A DNA stretch of 64,000 nt from Deltaproteobacteria bacterium. GTDB taxonomy: Bacteria; Lernaellota; Lernaellaia; JACKCT01. The stretch is from the NCBI GenBank assembly GCA_020633895.1, contig JACKCT010000002.1, positions 326,055 through 390,054 of the forward strand. Direction: 5' to 3'. Both the position numbers and the translations under genes were made by a program. This document shows, piece after piece, positions 8,844 to 17,389 of the stretch (within the stretch, counting starts at the first letter, position 1; every line of letters begins with the position of its first letter). Under the pieces are notes generated by a model. That model was not told where the DNA came from, did no database searches, and was given only the letters and a program-made list of their open reading frames with translations.

Positions 8844-11800
8844 GCCGCCTTCTGACGTCGTTGCTGGCCCGTCGCCGCCTTGTGCTGGCGACCGCGTTTC
8901 TGCTGGCGGCCACGGGCCTGGCCGCGTGGATCACCATGCCCCGGCAGGAAGACCCGCGTCTGGCCGACCGATGGGCACTGGCCGTGACCGTGTTCCCCGG
9001 CGCCGACGCGGAAAATATGGAGCGCCTGGTCGTCGATCCCATCGAGGAGCATCTGGCCGAGGTGGAGGAGATCAAGAAGCTCAAGACGACCATCCGCCAG
9101 GGCGTCGCGATCATGGTGCTGGAACTGGTGGACAAGGTCGACGATCCGGACTCGGTTTGGGACGAGGTGCGTCGTACGCTGGCGGAGGCCCATGCGGAAC
9201 TGCCCGACGGCGTGCATGAGACGGAGCTGGACGAAGACCTGATGGACCCCGAGTCCATCGTGCTGGCCATCTCCGGGTCGGGGGATCCGCTGGTGTTGGC
9301 CGACGCGGCCGAGGAGGTCAAGCGCTCGTTGCTGGGCCTGCCGCGTGTTTCGGGCGTGACCATCGTCGGCGATCCGGGCGAACAGATCACCATCGAGTAC
9401 GACGACTACCAGACGCGCCGCCTGGGCCTGGATCCGCGCCTGCTGGCCGCCCAGCTTTCCGCCCGTAACGTCACCATCCCCGCCGGGTCGCTGCGCATCG
9501 GGGACCGCACGGCGAATCTGCGGCCGTCTTCCGAATTCGAATCGGTCGACGAAATCGCGCACACGCCCATCGTGTTGCCCTCGGGAGCGGCGGTGCCGTT
9601 GGGCGACGTGGCGCGGGTGCGTCGCGGGCCGACCGAACCGAACGGCGAGCGGATGCGTCTGAACGGCCATCTCACCGTCGGCCTGGGCGTGATTCCCAAA
9701 AAGGGCGGCAACGTGGTCGAGTTCGGCGAGCAGGTGCGCGAGCGCATCGAGAAGATCCGGCCGACGCTCGCGCCCCTGGTGATCGAGGAAGTTTCGTTCC
9801 AGCCCGACCGGGTCAAGGAGCGCCTGTCCGAACTGAATCAGTCGCTGCTGCTGGGCATCCTGATCGTCGCGGGCGTGCTGATTTTCGCGATGGGTCCGCG
9901 CCTGGGCCTGGTGGTCGCGGTGATCGTGCCGCTGGTCGCCTTCGCGGCGGTGGCGCTGTATTCCATGGGCGGCGGAATTCTGCATCAGATCTCCATCGCC
10001 GCCCTGGTGCTGGCCTTGGGCATGCTGGTCGATAACGCGATTGTCGTGGCGGAGAACATCCAGCGGCGCATCGATGACGGGGAGGGCGCCCTTTCCGCGT
10101 CCGAGGCGGCCGTGCGCGAGTTGGCCATGCCCCTGGGTTCGGCGACGGGCACGACGCTCGCCGCCTTCGTGCCGATGCTCATCGCCAGCGGGCCGACCGC
10201 CGAATTCACGCGGGCGATTCCCGTCATCATCGTGCTCACGCTCACCGTCAGCTATCTGTTCGCCGTGCTGGTCACGCCGACCCTTTCGGCCATGTTCCTG
10301 CGCCGCGCGACCGGCACGCGCGTGGACGTCATCGACCGGCTCGCTTCCCGCGTGGGCGGCCTGACGCGCCGTCGCCATCGTTGGATTCTCGCGGGGGCGG
10401 CGGTGGCGATGGTCGCGGCTTTCGCGATGATGCCGCTGGTCAAAAAGCAGTTCTTCGCCGCCTCGGACCGAAACCAGATCATCATCGACCTGGAGCTGCC
10501 CGAGGGCGCCGACGTGGCCGCCACGGATCGCGTTTCGGCTCAATTGGAAACAGTGCTGATGCAGCACCCTCACGTGCGGCAGGTGGCGTCGTTCATGGGC
10601 CGGGGCGCGCCGCATTTTTACTACAACGTGATCCATCGCCCCAACGCGCCGCATCTGGCCCAGTTGGTCGTCACGGCGGACGACAAGCGGTCCCTCAACG
10701 AAATGATCGGATTCGTCGACGAATTCGCGGCGGAAAATCTGCCGGGCGTGACCGTGGTGGCGGGCAAGCTGGAGCAGGGGCCGCCGGTGGGCGCGCCGAT
10801 CCAAGTGCGTCTGGCGGGACATGACACGCAGGCGATGGACGAGGCGGTGCAGACCGTGTTCGCCGAAATGCGGTCCATCCCCGGCACGCGCAATGTGCGT
10901 CATGATTTGTCGATCGGATCGCCGACGGTGGCGCTCAACATCGACGACGCGGCGGCGGCCCGTTTCGGCCTGTCGCCGGCGGACGTGAATCTGTCGGTGT
11001 TGGGCAAGACGCGCGGGCTGCCGGTGGGCGAGTTCCGCGCCGGGGAAGACCCGGTGCCGATCGTCGTGCGGGCGGCGGCGGGCGAGGACCTGCCGGTGGG
11101 CGAACTGGCGTCGGTGGACGTGGTCGCGCCGGGGCAGACGCCCATCCCCCTCACGCAGCTCGCGACGATGGACGTGAGCTGGCGGCCGGCGGTGATCCAT
11201 CATTACAACCGGGAGCGCGTCGCGACCGTGTCGGCCAACCTGCTGCCGAACGTGGCCTACAGCGACGTGCTGGCGAAGCTGCGTCCGAAGCTGACGGCGA
11301 CGCCCCTGCCCGAAGGCATCACCTGGGCCTTCGACGGCGAGACCGAGGGGTCGGCCGGAGCCAACAGCGCGCTGCTGCGTTCGGTGCCGGTGGGCGTGCT
11401 GATCCTGCTGTTCTTCCTGCTGGCCGAGTTCAATTCGTTCCGGCGGGTGGGCATCATTCTGGTCACGGTGCCGCTGGCGGCGACGGGCGTCATTCCCGGC
11501 CTGGTGCTCTCCGGCGAGCCCTTCGGGTTCATGTCGCTGTTGGGGGTGATCGCGCTGGTGGGCATCGTGGTCAACAACGCCATCGTGCTCATCGACCGCA
11601 TCGATCAACGCCGTCAGTGGGGCATGCCTTTGGATGACGCTTTGGCCGAGGCGGTGGCCTATCGCACGCGGCCGATTCTGCTCACTTCGGCGACGACGGT
11701 CGCGGGCCTGCTGCCCCTGGCTCTGTCGGGGTCGAGCCTGTGGCCGCCGCTGGCCTGGGCGATGATCTCCGGCCTGATCGCCTCGACGATGCTGACGCTC

Positions 11801-11911
11801 CTGGTGGTGCCTTCGCTGTACAAAGTGTTGTTCGGCGGGCGCTTCGGCGGCGAGGTGGAGGAATGTGCGCTGGGGCTGATTCCGAACGACCCGGCGGCAA
11901 GCGAGGCGTGA
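8840..11911 (+). CDS. efflux RND transporter permease (AcrB/HAE1-like, 1023 aa)
   Basis: About 1020 aa with 12-TM topology, two large periplasmic loops, and conserved TM4/TM10 regions (GMLVDNAIVVAENI, VGIVVNNAIVLIDRI). Confidence 0.95.
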   Translation: MSRLLTSLLARRRLVLATAFLLAATGLAAWITMPRQEDPRLADRWALAVTVFPGADAENMERLVVDPIEEHLAEVEEIKKLKTTIRQGVAIMVLELVDKVDDPDSVWDEVRRTLAEAHAELPDGVHETELDEDLMDPESIVLAISGSGDPLVLADAAEEVKRSLLGLPRVSGVTIVGDPGEQITIEYDDYQTRRLGLDPRLLAAQLSARNVTIPAGSLRIGDRTANLRPSSEFESVDEIAHTPIVLPSGAAVPLGDVARVRRGPTEPNGERMRLNGHLTVGLGVIPKKGGNVVEFGEQVRERIEKIRPTLAPLVIEEVSFQPDRVKERLSELNQSLLLGILIVAGVLIFAMGPRLGLVVAVIVPLVAFAAVALYSMGGGILHQISIAALVLALGMLVDNAIVVAENIQRRIDDGEGALSASEAAVRELAMPLGSATGTTLAAFVPMLIASGPTAEFTRAIPVIIVLTLTVSYLFAVLVTPTLSAMFLRRATGTRVDVIDRLASRVGGLTRRRHRWILAGAAVAMVAAFAMMPLVKKQFFAASDRNQIIIDLELPEGADVAATDRVSAQLETVLMQHPHVRQVASFMGRGAPHFYYNVIHRPNAPHLAQLVVTADDKRSLNEMIGFVDEFAAENLPGVTVVAGKLEQGPPVGAPIQVRLAGHDTQAMDEAVQTVFAEMRSIPGTRNVRHDLSIGSPTVALNIDDAAAARFGLSPADVNLSVLGKTRGLPVGEFRAGEDPVPIVVRAAAGEDLPVGELASVDVVAPGQTPIPLTQLATMDVSWRPAVIHHYNRERVATVSANLLPNVAYSDVLAKLRPKLTATPLPEGITWAFDGETEGSAGANSALLRSVPVGVLILLFFLLAEFNSFRRVGIILVTVPLAATGVIPGLVLSGEPFGFMSLLGVIALVGIVVNNAIVLIDRIDQRRQWGMPLDDALAEAVAYRTRPILLTSATTVAGLLPLALSGSSLWPPLAWAMISGLIASTMLTLLVVPSLYKVLFGGRFGGEVEECALGLIPNDPAASEA

Positions 11912-12029
11912 ATTACCTTTTGGGGCCGTTTCCGTCAGAGCCCCGACCGTGAGGGAGAGGTCTGGTGCGGGTCAGCATGTAACTCGTGTTGTTCGGCGGA
12001 TTGTGCGCGGTTCTGATCGGACCGAAGCT

Positions 12030-12962
12030 TCATGCCGTCATTCGCTCCGCCGGCAAGTCCCGCGTCTCGGGGAAGGCGCCGTGCTCGTAGTAGTAGGCGA
12101 GCAGGCGGTCCTTTTCCTGATAGCGTTCGAAGACCCAGCGCGTCAGATCCTCGGCGCTTTGGGGCAGTTCGCTGGCGGGGAAACGCCGCACATGCAGATG
12201 CACCCGCTTGGGCAGGCCCTTGAACCACTGCCAGAGCGTGGGCACGCCGTCCACGTAGCCGATGGTCAGATCGTAGACCGCGTCCATGTGTCCGCGTAGG
12301 CCCTGGATGCTGGCGACGACGCCTTTCGTGCGCGGCACCATCACATGTTCCGTGACCGGAATGCCGATTTCCACCGCGTATTTCTGGCTGGCGCTGAGTT
12401 TTTGCGGGCGGATGCGGGTGCCTTCGGCGAAGGTCATCAGGTAGTAGGGGATGTTGTTGTCGATCAGGTTCGCGAACGTCTTCTGAATGCGCGTCTTGTC
12501 CTTGTTCCAGTCCCGCTTCACGTACAGGCAATCCAGGAAATACATACCCCAGCCCGGACCGGGGAACCACTTGATGACGTCCTTGACGAACCACTTGATA
12601 TCACCCAGGCGCTTCTTGGTCTGGGCGAAGGCGAAGATGACGGGCACGTCGGCCATCTCCTGATGGTTGGCCATGACCAGGGCGTTTTCCCGGATCGGCG
12701 GGTCGTCGCCCGAGTAAATGAACTGCACGCCGTAGAGCGACTGGGCCCACCAGTCGCACCAGCCCCACCACGAGTTGGCGAAGAAGCGGTTGAGCCGACG
12801 GTTCAGGCCGGGGGCGATCGGCCGCAGGATCGCCAGGACCATCTGGATGCCGTTGACGGCCAGCAGCACGGAAAACAGCACGGTCCCGGTCACGATCCCG
12901 AAAAAGAGATGCAGATAGCGTTTGAAGGGATTTTTCGGTTCCGGCAACGGCGCAAGGGGCAT
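12030..12962 (-). CDS. lysophospholipid acyltransferase (LPLAT/AGPAT-like) family protein
   Basis: HX4D block ANHQEMADV. FAEGTR block. N-terminal TM segment. Confidence 0.75.
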   Translation of the reverse strand: MPLAPLPEPKNPFKRYLHLFFGIVTGTVLFSVLLAVNGIQMVLAILRPIAPGLNRRLNRFFANSWWGWCDWWAQSLYGVQFIYSGDDPPIRENALVMANHQEMADVPVIFAFAQTKKRLGDIKWFVKDVIKWFPGPGWGMYFLDCLYVKRDWNKDKTRIQKTFANLIDNNIPYYLMTFAEGTRIRPQKLSASQKYAVEIGIPVTEHVMVPRTKGVVASIQGLRGHMDAVYDLTIGYVDGVPTLWQWFKGLPKRVHLHVRRFPASELPQSAEDLTRWVFERYQEKDRLLAYYYEHGAFPETRDLPAERMTA

Positions 12963-13050
12963 CGCGATCTCCGGTCGATTAAGGAGGCTGGAAATTCTTT
13001 TTTCAGCTTAGGACTCCGGCCGGACGATGACAAGGATCGGGTCCGTACCG

Positions 13051-13083
13051 AAAAAAACAAGGGCGCGAGAAACCCCGCGCCCT
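13051..13083 (-). terminator. rho-independent terminator for the Kelch-protein gene
   Basis: Stem AGGGCGCG (13060-13067) / CGCGCCCT (13076-13083). Followed on the minus strand by a T7 run (plus-strand A-run 13051-13057). Confidence 0.65.
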
Positions 13084-13112
13084 GTCCGTGCGTTCGGTTT
13101 TTCCGTCGTGGT

Positions 13113-14276
13113 TTAGCAGCCGCACCCGCTGTCGTCGTCATCGTCATCGTCGTCCGAGACGTCGTCGTCATCGCTCGAGTCGTCATCGTCGTCGTCCGCG
13201 GCGTCATCGTCGTCGTCATCGTCGTCCGTGCCGGGGATGGTCGTGGTGGTCGTCGTCGAGGTTGTCGTCGTGGTCGGCACGGCCGAACCGACGCACAGGC
13301 CGCCGGTGTCGAGGGCGTAATGCAGTTTGTGGGGGGCGGATTCGCTCTTGTCCGAACCGCCGGCGATGTAAATCACGCCGTCCAGGCAGTCCGCCTCGGC
13401 GTAGACGAACTCCTGGGGCAGGTCTGCGTCGGCGCTCCATTTGTCTTCGTCGATGTCGTACGACCACGCGGTCTTGGCTTGGCCGAGGTTGCCGTATCCG
13501 CCCAGGAACAGCAGAAATCCGTCCAGCGCGGTGCCGTATTCGGCATCGGCGCCGGCGGCGGCTGTCGCGGGCAGGTCGTCCATGGCGCCATCGTCCCAGG
13601 CCTCGGTTTCAAAATCGTAGGTTTCGGCCGTTGCCGTGTCCACGACCAGGCTGCCGTTGTTGCCGCCGGCCGCGTATAAATCGTCGCCGAATGACCAGGC
13701 CGCCAGTTCCCAGCCGCCGTGCGTCATGTCGTTCGGGAAAGTCTCCCACGAATCTTTCGTCGGATCGTAGGCGTAGGCCTTGCGGCTCCACGAGCCGACC
13801 TCGTAGTCGTAGCCGCCCAGGACGTACAGGATCCCGTCGATCACCGTGACCGCGTACCCCTCCAGGCCGTTGGCAACCGGCAGGGACGCGCCGGTCGTCC
13901 AGGCGTCGTCGGTGATGTCGTAAATGTAGAGCGTTTTCACGACTCCGGCGACATCCGGGTCGTCGGTGCCGCCGGGGACGTAAATCTTGTCGCCGATGCG
14001 TCCCGCGTCGATCTGCCCCAAGGCCAGGGGCATGGGAGCCATCGTGTCCCAGGTGTCCAGGGCCGGATCGTAGCGATACACCGTGTCTTTCAAGTCGGAC
14101 GTGGCGTCGCCGTCCACGCCGCCGCCGATGTAATAGAGGTAGTCCCCGTCGGAAACGTACGCGCCGCCCCAGCGCGCCTCCGGCAGGGTCGCCTTGGCCT
14201 GCCAGGCCGCCGAAGCCGGCGAGACGACAAACATCAAGAGAACGCAAGAAAGCCGGACTCTTATCCAGGTGCCCAT
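13113..14276 (-). CDS. secreted Kelch-repeat protein with C-terminal Thr-rich linker, poly-Asp tract, and terminal SGCGC
   Basis: Signal peptide MGTWIRVRLSCVLLMFVVSPASAA with GGAGG 5 nt upstream. Kelch-like blade motifs (YYIGGG, IYVPGG, LYVLGGYD, LYAAGGNNG, IYIAGG). Tail PTTTTTSTTTTTTIPGTDDDDDDDDAADDDDDDSSDDDDVSDDDDDDDDSGCGC then stop. Confidence 0.75.
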   Translation of the reverse strand: MGTWIRVRLSCVLLMFVVSPASAAWQAKATLPEARWGGAYVSDGDYLYYIGGGVDGDATSDLKDTVYRYDPALDTWDTMAPMPLALGQIDAGRIGDKIYVPGGTDDPDVAGVVKTLYIYDITDDAWTTGASLPVANGLEGYAVTVIDGILYVLGGYDYEVGSWSRKAYAYDPTKDSWETFPNDMTHGGWELAAWSFGDDLYAAGGNNGSLVVDTATAETYDFETEAWDDGAMDDLPATAAAGADAEYGTALDGFLLFLGGYGNLGQAKTAWSYDIDEDKWSADADLPQEFVYAEADCLDGVIYIAGGSDKSESAPHKLHYALDTGGLCVGSAVPTTTTTSTTTTTTIPGTDDDDDDDDAADDDDDDSSDDDDVSDDDDDDDDSGCGC

Positions 14277-14486
14277 ACGTGCCTCCAATCGATGGAAAAA
14301 GGTTGTCAAAGGTCATTGGTCGCCAATATCGACTTCCAATGACATTTGACCGCCGTGGCAAAACATCCGATTCGCTCGACGTCGCCGATATTTTGCCTTG
14401 GACGCAGGCTCGGCGATACGGTAGGGTGTATTGATAAGAAATTTTTCGGGCGCGTTCGGGGCGCGTTGCGAAGGAGACGTATTGGT

Positions 14487-16148
14487 ATGCGCCGCCTGAT
14501 CTTCGCCCCGATGTTGATGCTCGTCCTCGTCGGCCTTTTTCCCCAACTCGCCCACGCCCGAGTCATCTATTGGGAAGACTTCGAAGGTCCCGACGCCCCC
14601 GAAGGCTGGACGGTTGTCGACAATTCCGGTGGGACGTCGGACGCGCGGTGGGAGTTCGGAGACGGGTACGGCATTCGCATCGGGATGTCGGACGAGTTGC
14701 GGGAGGACTTCGCCGACGAACTCTCCCCGTTCGAGTATGCCGTATTTTTTCTTGGCTACGGTTATGTGAGGCCGGACGTTTACGAGAGACCCGATGATGT
14801 CTTCCTGGTCAACGACATTCTCGCCGGGCGACACACCGGCACTCCCCGGACCAGCCTTCGCAGTCCGCAATTCGCGTGTGAAAATTGCTCATCCCTGACA
14901 ATGCGCTCCACGATAACCGCGGCGTCGGCTTATGTGTCCCTCGATGATACTTGTTATGATGTCTGCATTCCGTTCTTAAGCCGCGAAGGCAATCATCAAG
15001 CCGCGATTTCGGTCACGATCGACGACGATATTGTCCAGACGAAAGAATTACTCTCGTTGCAAAGTAGTCCGCACGATTTCGCCCAGGTCTTGGACATGAG
15101 CCTCGAACCGTCGATTGGCCCGAACGACCCCTTCCGCCTGGATTGGACGTTTGACGGCGAGGCCGAGGCCGACGCCACGGGTTTGATGATGCTGCACGAC
15201 GTGTGCCTTTCTTCGCCTTGCGCGACGCAAATCCAGGTCAAGGAACACGACGATTCAGGTGTCGATCCTCCCGTCAATCTGGATAGTGGTGTCTACTGCC
15301 CGCCCATCCCCGACGCACAGGTGTATTGGAGTCGGGTGGACGTCGTTATCGATTCCAAACGTCCATTGGACTCCTCGTATCGTGTATTGGCGGCTTTTCG
15401 AGCCGATACGTTGGGAGCGCCGGATTGGTATTCCGGCGAAGTGATTCCGATTTATCCGGACGGTTACAGCTATGAGGCGCGCGAGCCGGAGAAGATTCCG
15501 GTTTGGGCTTTTGGCGAATTCGAAACGGGCGCCGATCCCCATTCTTCTCGGGATAAAGATGAGGAAATTCACCCGGCCGTACTTTCCTATTCCTTGTGCG
15601 ACGCGGCTTTTGCCGGACCCGCCGATCCGGATGAGCGGTGGTGCTTCATCCCCATGTACGACGGGCTGTTGATGGACCCGGATTCCTCGGCTGCAAACTC
15701 ATACTATTGGGGAGGAGGCTCGTTCGAGAAGGAATATTTCGTCCCGAGTGACCACCCCTACCTGATCACCGCCGTCTTCGACACGGCCTGCGAGGACCCG
15801 GGTCTGACGCTCGACGGCGTGCCGGTGCCTCTGCCCGGGGTGACTACAACGACCACTGTTCCCCCGACGACGACCACCACTAGCACAACGACCAGCACTT
15901 CCACCACAGCGTCATCGACGACGACGTTGGCGCCCACAACGACGTCGACGACAATTTTGCCGACGACAAGCACGACCGTAGTGTCAACCACGACCACGAC
16001 GACCGTCCCGTCCGAAGCGAATGACGACGATAGCTCCGACGATGATGCCGGCGATGACGACACGGACGACCGGGACCCGCGTGACGCCGACGATGTGGAT
16101 GACGATCGGGACTCGGACGACGGCGACGGCGGGGGCTGCGGGATCTAG
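14487..16148 (+). CDS. secreted protein with choice-of-anchor-like N-terminal domain and C-terminal Thr-rich linker, poly-Asp tract, and terminal GGGCGI
   Basis: ATG at 14487 with AAGGAG 10 nt upstream. Signal peptide MRRLIFAPMLMLVLVGLFPQLAHA. N-terminus IYWEDFEG..GWTVVDN...WEFG resembles choice-of-anchor-type domains. Tail is about 65 aa Thr/Ser-rich, about 45 aa Asp-rich, then GGGCGI and stop. Confidence 0.75.
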   Translation: MRRLIFAPMLMLVLVGLFPQLAHARVIYWEDFEGPDAPEGWTVVDNSGGTSDARWEFGDGYGIRIGMSDELREDFADELSPFEYAVFFLGYGYVRPDVYERPDDVFLVNDILAGRHTGTPRTSLRSPQFACENCSSLTMRSTITAASAYVSLDDTCYDVCIPFLSREGNHQAAISVTIDDDIVQTKELLSLQSSPHDFAQVLDMSLEPSIGPNDPFRLDWTFDGEAEADATGLMMLHDVCLSSPCATQIQVKEHDDSGVDPPVNLDSGVYCPPIPDAQVYWSRVDVVIDSKRPLDSSYRVLAAFRADTLGAPDWYSGEVIPIYPDGYSYEAREPEKIPVWAFGEFETGADPHSSRDKDEEIHPAVLSYSLCDAAFAGPADPDERWCFIPMYDGLLMDPDSSAANSYYWGGGSFEKEYFVPSDHPYLITAVFDTACEDPGLTLDGVPVPLPGVTTTTTVPPTTTTTSTTTSTSTTASSTTTLAPTTTSTTILPTTSTTVVSTTTTTTVPSEANDDDSSDDDAGDDDTDDRDPRDADDVDDDRDSDDGDGGGCGI

Positions 16149-16182
16149 GTCAGGGACTCGGCGGGCAAACCGCGAGAATGCA

Positions 16183-16210
16183 AAAACCCGGCCCCATAGG
16201 GCCGGGTTTT
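16183..16210. terminator. bidirectional rho-independent terminator
   Basis: Stem CCCGGCC (16187-16193) / GGCCGGG (16200-16206), loop CCATAG, flanked by AAAAA upstream and TTTT downstream. Serves the plus-strand gene ending at 16148 and the minus-strand tRNA ending at 16212. Confidence 0.7.
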
Positions 16211-16211
16211 G

Positions 16212-16284
16212 TGGTCAGGGACGGGATCGAACCGCCGACACCCGGATTTTCAGTCCAGTGCTCTACCAACTGAGCTACCTGACC
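16212..16284 (-). tRNA. tRNA-Phe (anticodon GAA), 73 nt, CCA not encoded
   Basis: The reverse complement GGUCAGGUAGCUCAGUUGGUAGAGCACUGGACUGAAAAUCCGGGUGUCGGCGGUUCGAUCCCGUCCCUGACCA folds as a canonical cloverleaf with a 7-bp acceptor, D-arm GCUC/GAGC, anticodon loop CUGAAAA, and T-loop GGUUCGAUCC. It closely parallels E. coli tRNA-Phe. Confidence 0.95.
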
Positions 16285-16531
16285 GGACGCAAAGTATTCC
16301 GCGAACATCCCGCGAAAAACAGACGGCCTTTTAGCAGATCACCCCAGGCATGGCAAGGCCGTTTGTCCGCGTAACGCTCCAGGCCGGGCCGCGTATCTTC
16401 CCCCATATGCGGCGCGAAATTTCCGAGCGTATCGTGGGGCAAAAATCCGGATCAAATTTGCCCAAGTTGTTGAGATGATTTAGAAATCGGAAAGGCCGAT
16501 CGGGTGCGTCGGCCGACGGAGGAACAAGCGG

Positions 16532-17368
16532 ATGAAAAACCTGGGGCGTGTGTTGGGGGTGTTGTTGCTGGTCTTGGGCGCATCCGACGTCGCCTTCGCC
16601 GGCGCCTGGACGCAAGGGCAGTTCAACAGCTACCACAAGCTCTCGGCGGCGTATTACGCCTCCGCCCAGGAATATGACGACAGCGGCCACGTGGTCCCCT
16701 CCACCGGCGAAAAGTATTACCAGGACATCAGCTATACCTACTACGGCGAATTCGGCCTGCTCGACCCGGTCGATCTGAGTCTTTCGCTGCCCTACAAAAC
16801 CGCCTACGTGAACGACGAGGAACGCACCGCCGAGTTCGGCGGCATCGGCGACGTGGAAGGCGGCCTGAAGCTGCGGCTGTATCAGTCGGAGGCGGCGGGC
16901 GTTTTCGCGATTCAAGGCAAGTACAAATACTCGGGCTTCTACGACGAGAACGACTTGGCTCTGCCGCCGGGGCAGGGGCAGGACGACATCGAAGGCCGCC
17001 TGCTCTACGGCCGGTCGCTGTGGCCCTACGGCTATGTCGGCTTGGAGGCGGGCTATCGGGTGCGCTTCGATGAACCGTCCGACGAGTACAAATACCTGGT
17101 GGAATACGGCATCTCCTTCGACCCCGTCTCGTTGCGCGTGAAGCTGGACGGCAGCGAGTCGGCCAAGAACGCCGACGACACCTTCCAAGGGGCGCAGGTC
17201 GACCCCACGTCCGGTCTGGAGGCGTCCTACGGCAAGGTCGAGTTCGCCGTGGGGGTGCATCTGGTGGGTCCGCTGTCGGTGGAGGGCGCGGCGGCGACGA
17301 GCGTTTACGGCAAGCAGACTTCTTACGGCCACACTTACACCGGCGCGGTGGTGTTGCAGTTCAAGTAG
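16532..17368 (+). CDS. putative outer-membrane beta-barrel protein
   Basis: Signal peptide MKNLGRVLGVLLLVLGASDVAFA with GGAGG upstream. Tyr/Gly-rich alternating amphipathic segments and a C-terminal ...VVLQFK (terminal aromatic-X) typical of OM barrels. The overlapping antisense 333-aa ORF is rejected. Confidence 0.65.
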   Translation: MKNLGRVLGVLLLVLGASDVAFAGAWTQGQFNSYHKLSAAYYASAQEYDDSGHVVPSTGEKYYQDISYTYYGEFGLLDPVDLSLSLPYKTAYVNDEERTAEFGGIGDVEGGLKLRLYQSEAAGVFAIQGKYKYSGFYDENDLALPPGQGQDDIEGRLLYGRSLWPYGYVGLEAGYRVRFDEPSDEYKYLVEYGISFDPVSLRVKLDGSESAKNADDTFQGAQVDPTSGLEASYGKVEFAVGVHLVGPLSVEGAAATSVYGKQTSYGHTYTGAVVLQFK

Positions 17369-17389
17369 CTAACTTGAGCAGCGGGTAGT

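Noticed and set aside
8798-11608. 936-aa ORF antisense to the RND pump gene
   Set aside because: Arg/His/Gly/Gln-rich low-complexity translation of the high-GC antisense strand. Fully overlapped by the well-supported AcrB-like gene. No motifs.
12345-13849. 444-aa and 253-aa plus-strand ORFs across the acyltransferase and Kelch genes (poly-Arg, poly-Val and poly-Ile runs)
   Set aside because: Antisense translation of GAC/ACG triplet repeats yields homopolymer runs. The true genes are on the minus strand with clear domain motifs.
16331-17332. 333-aa minus-strand ORF overlapping the outer-membrane barrel gene
   Set aside because: Antisense. Arg/Leu/Val-rich without features. The plus-strand frame has a signal peptide, RBS and C-terminal aromatic barrel signature.
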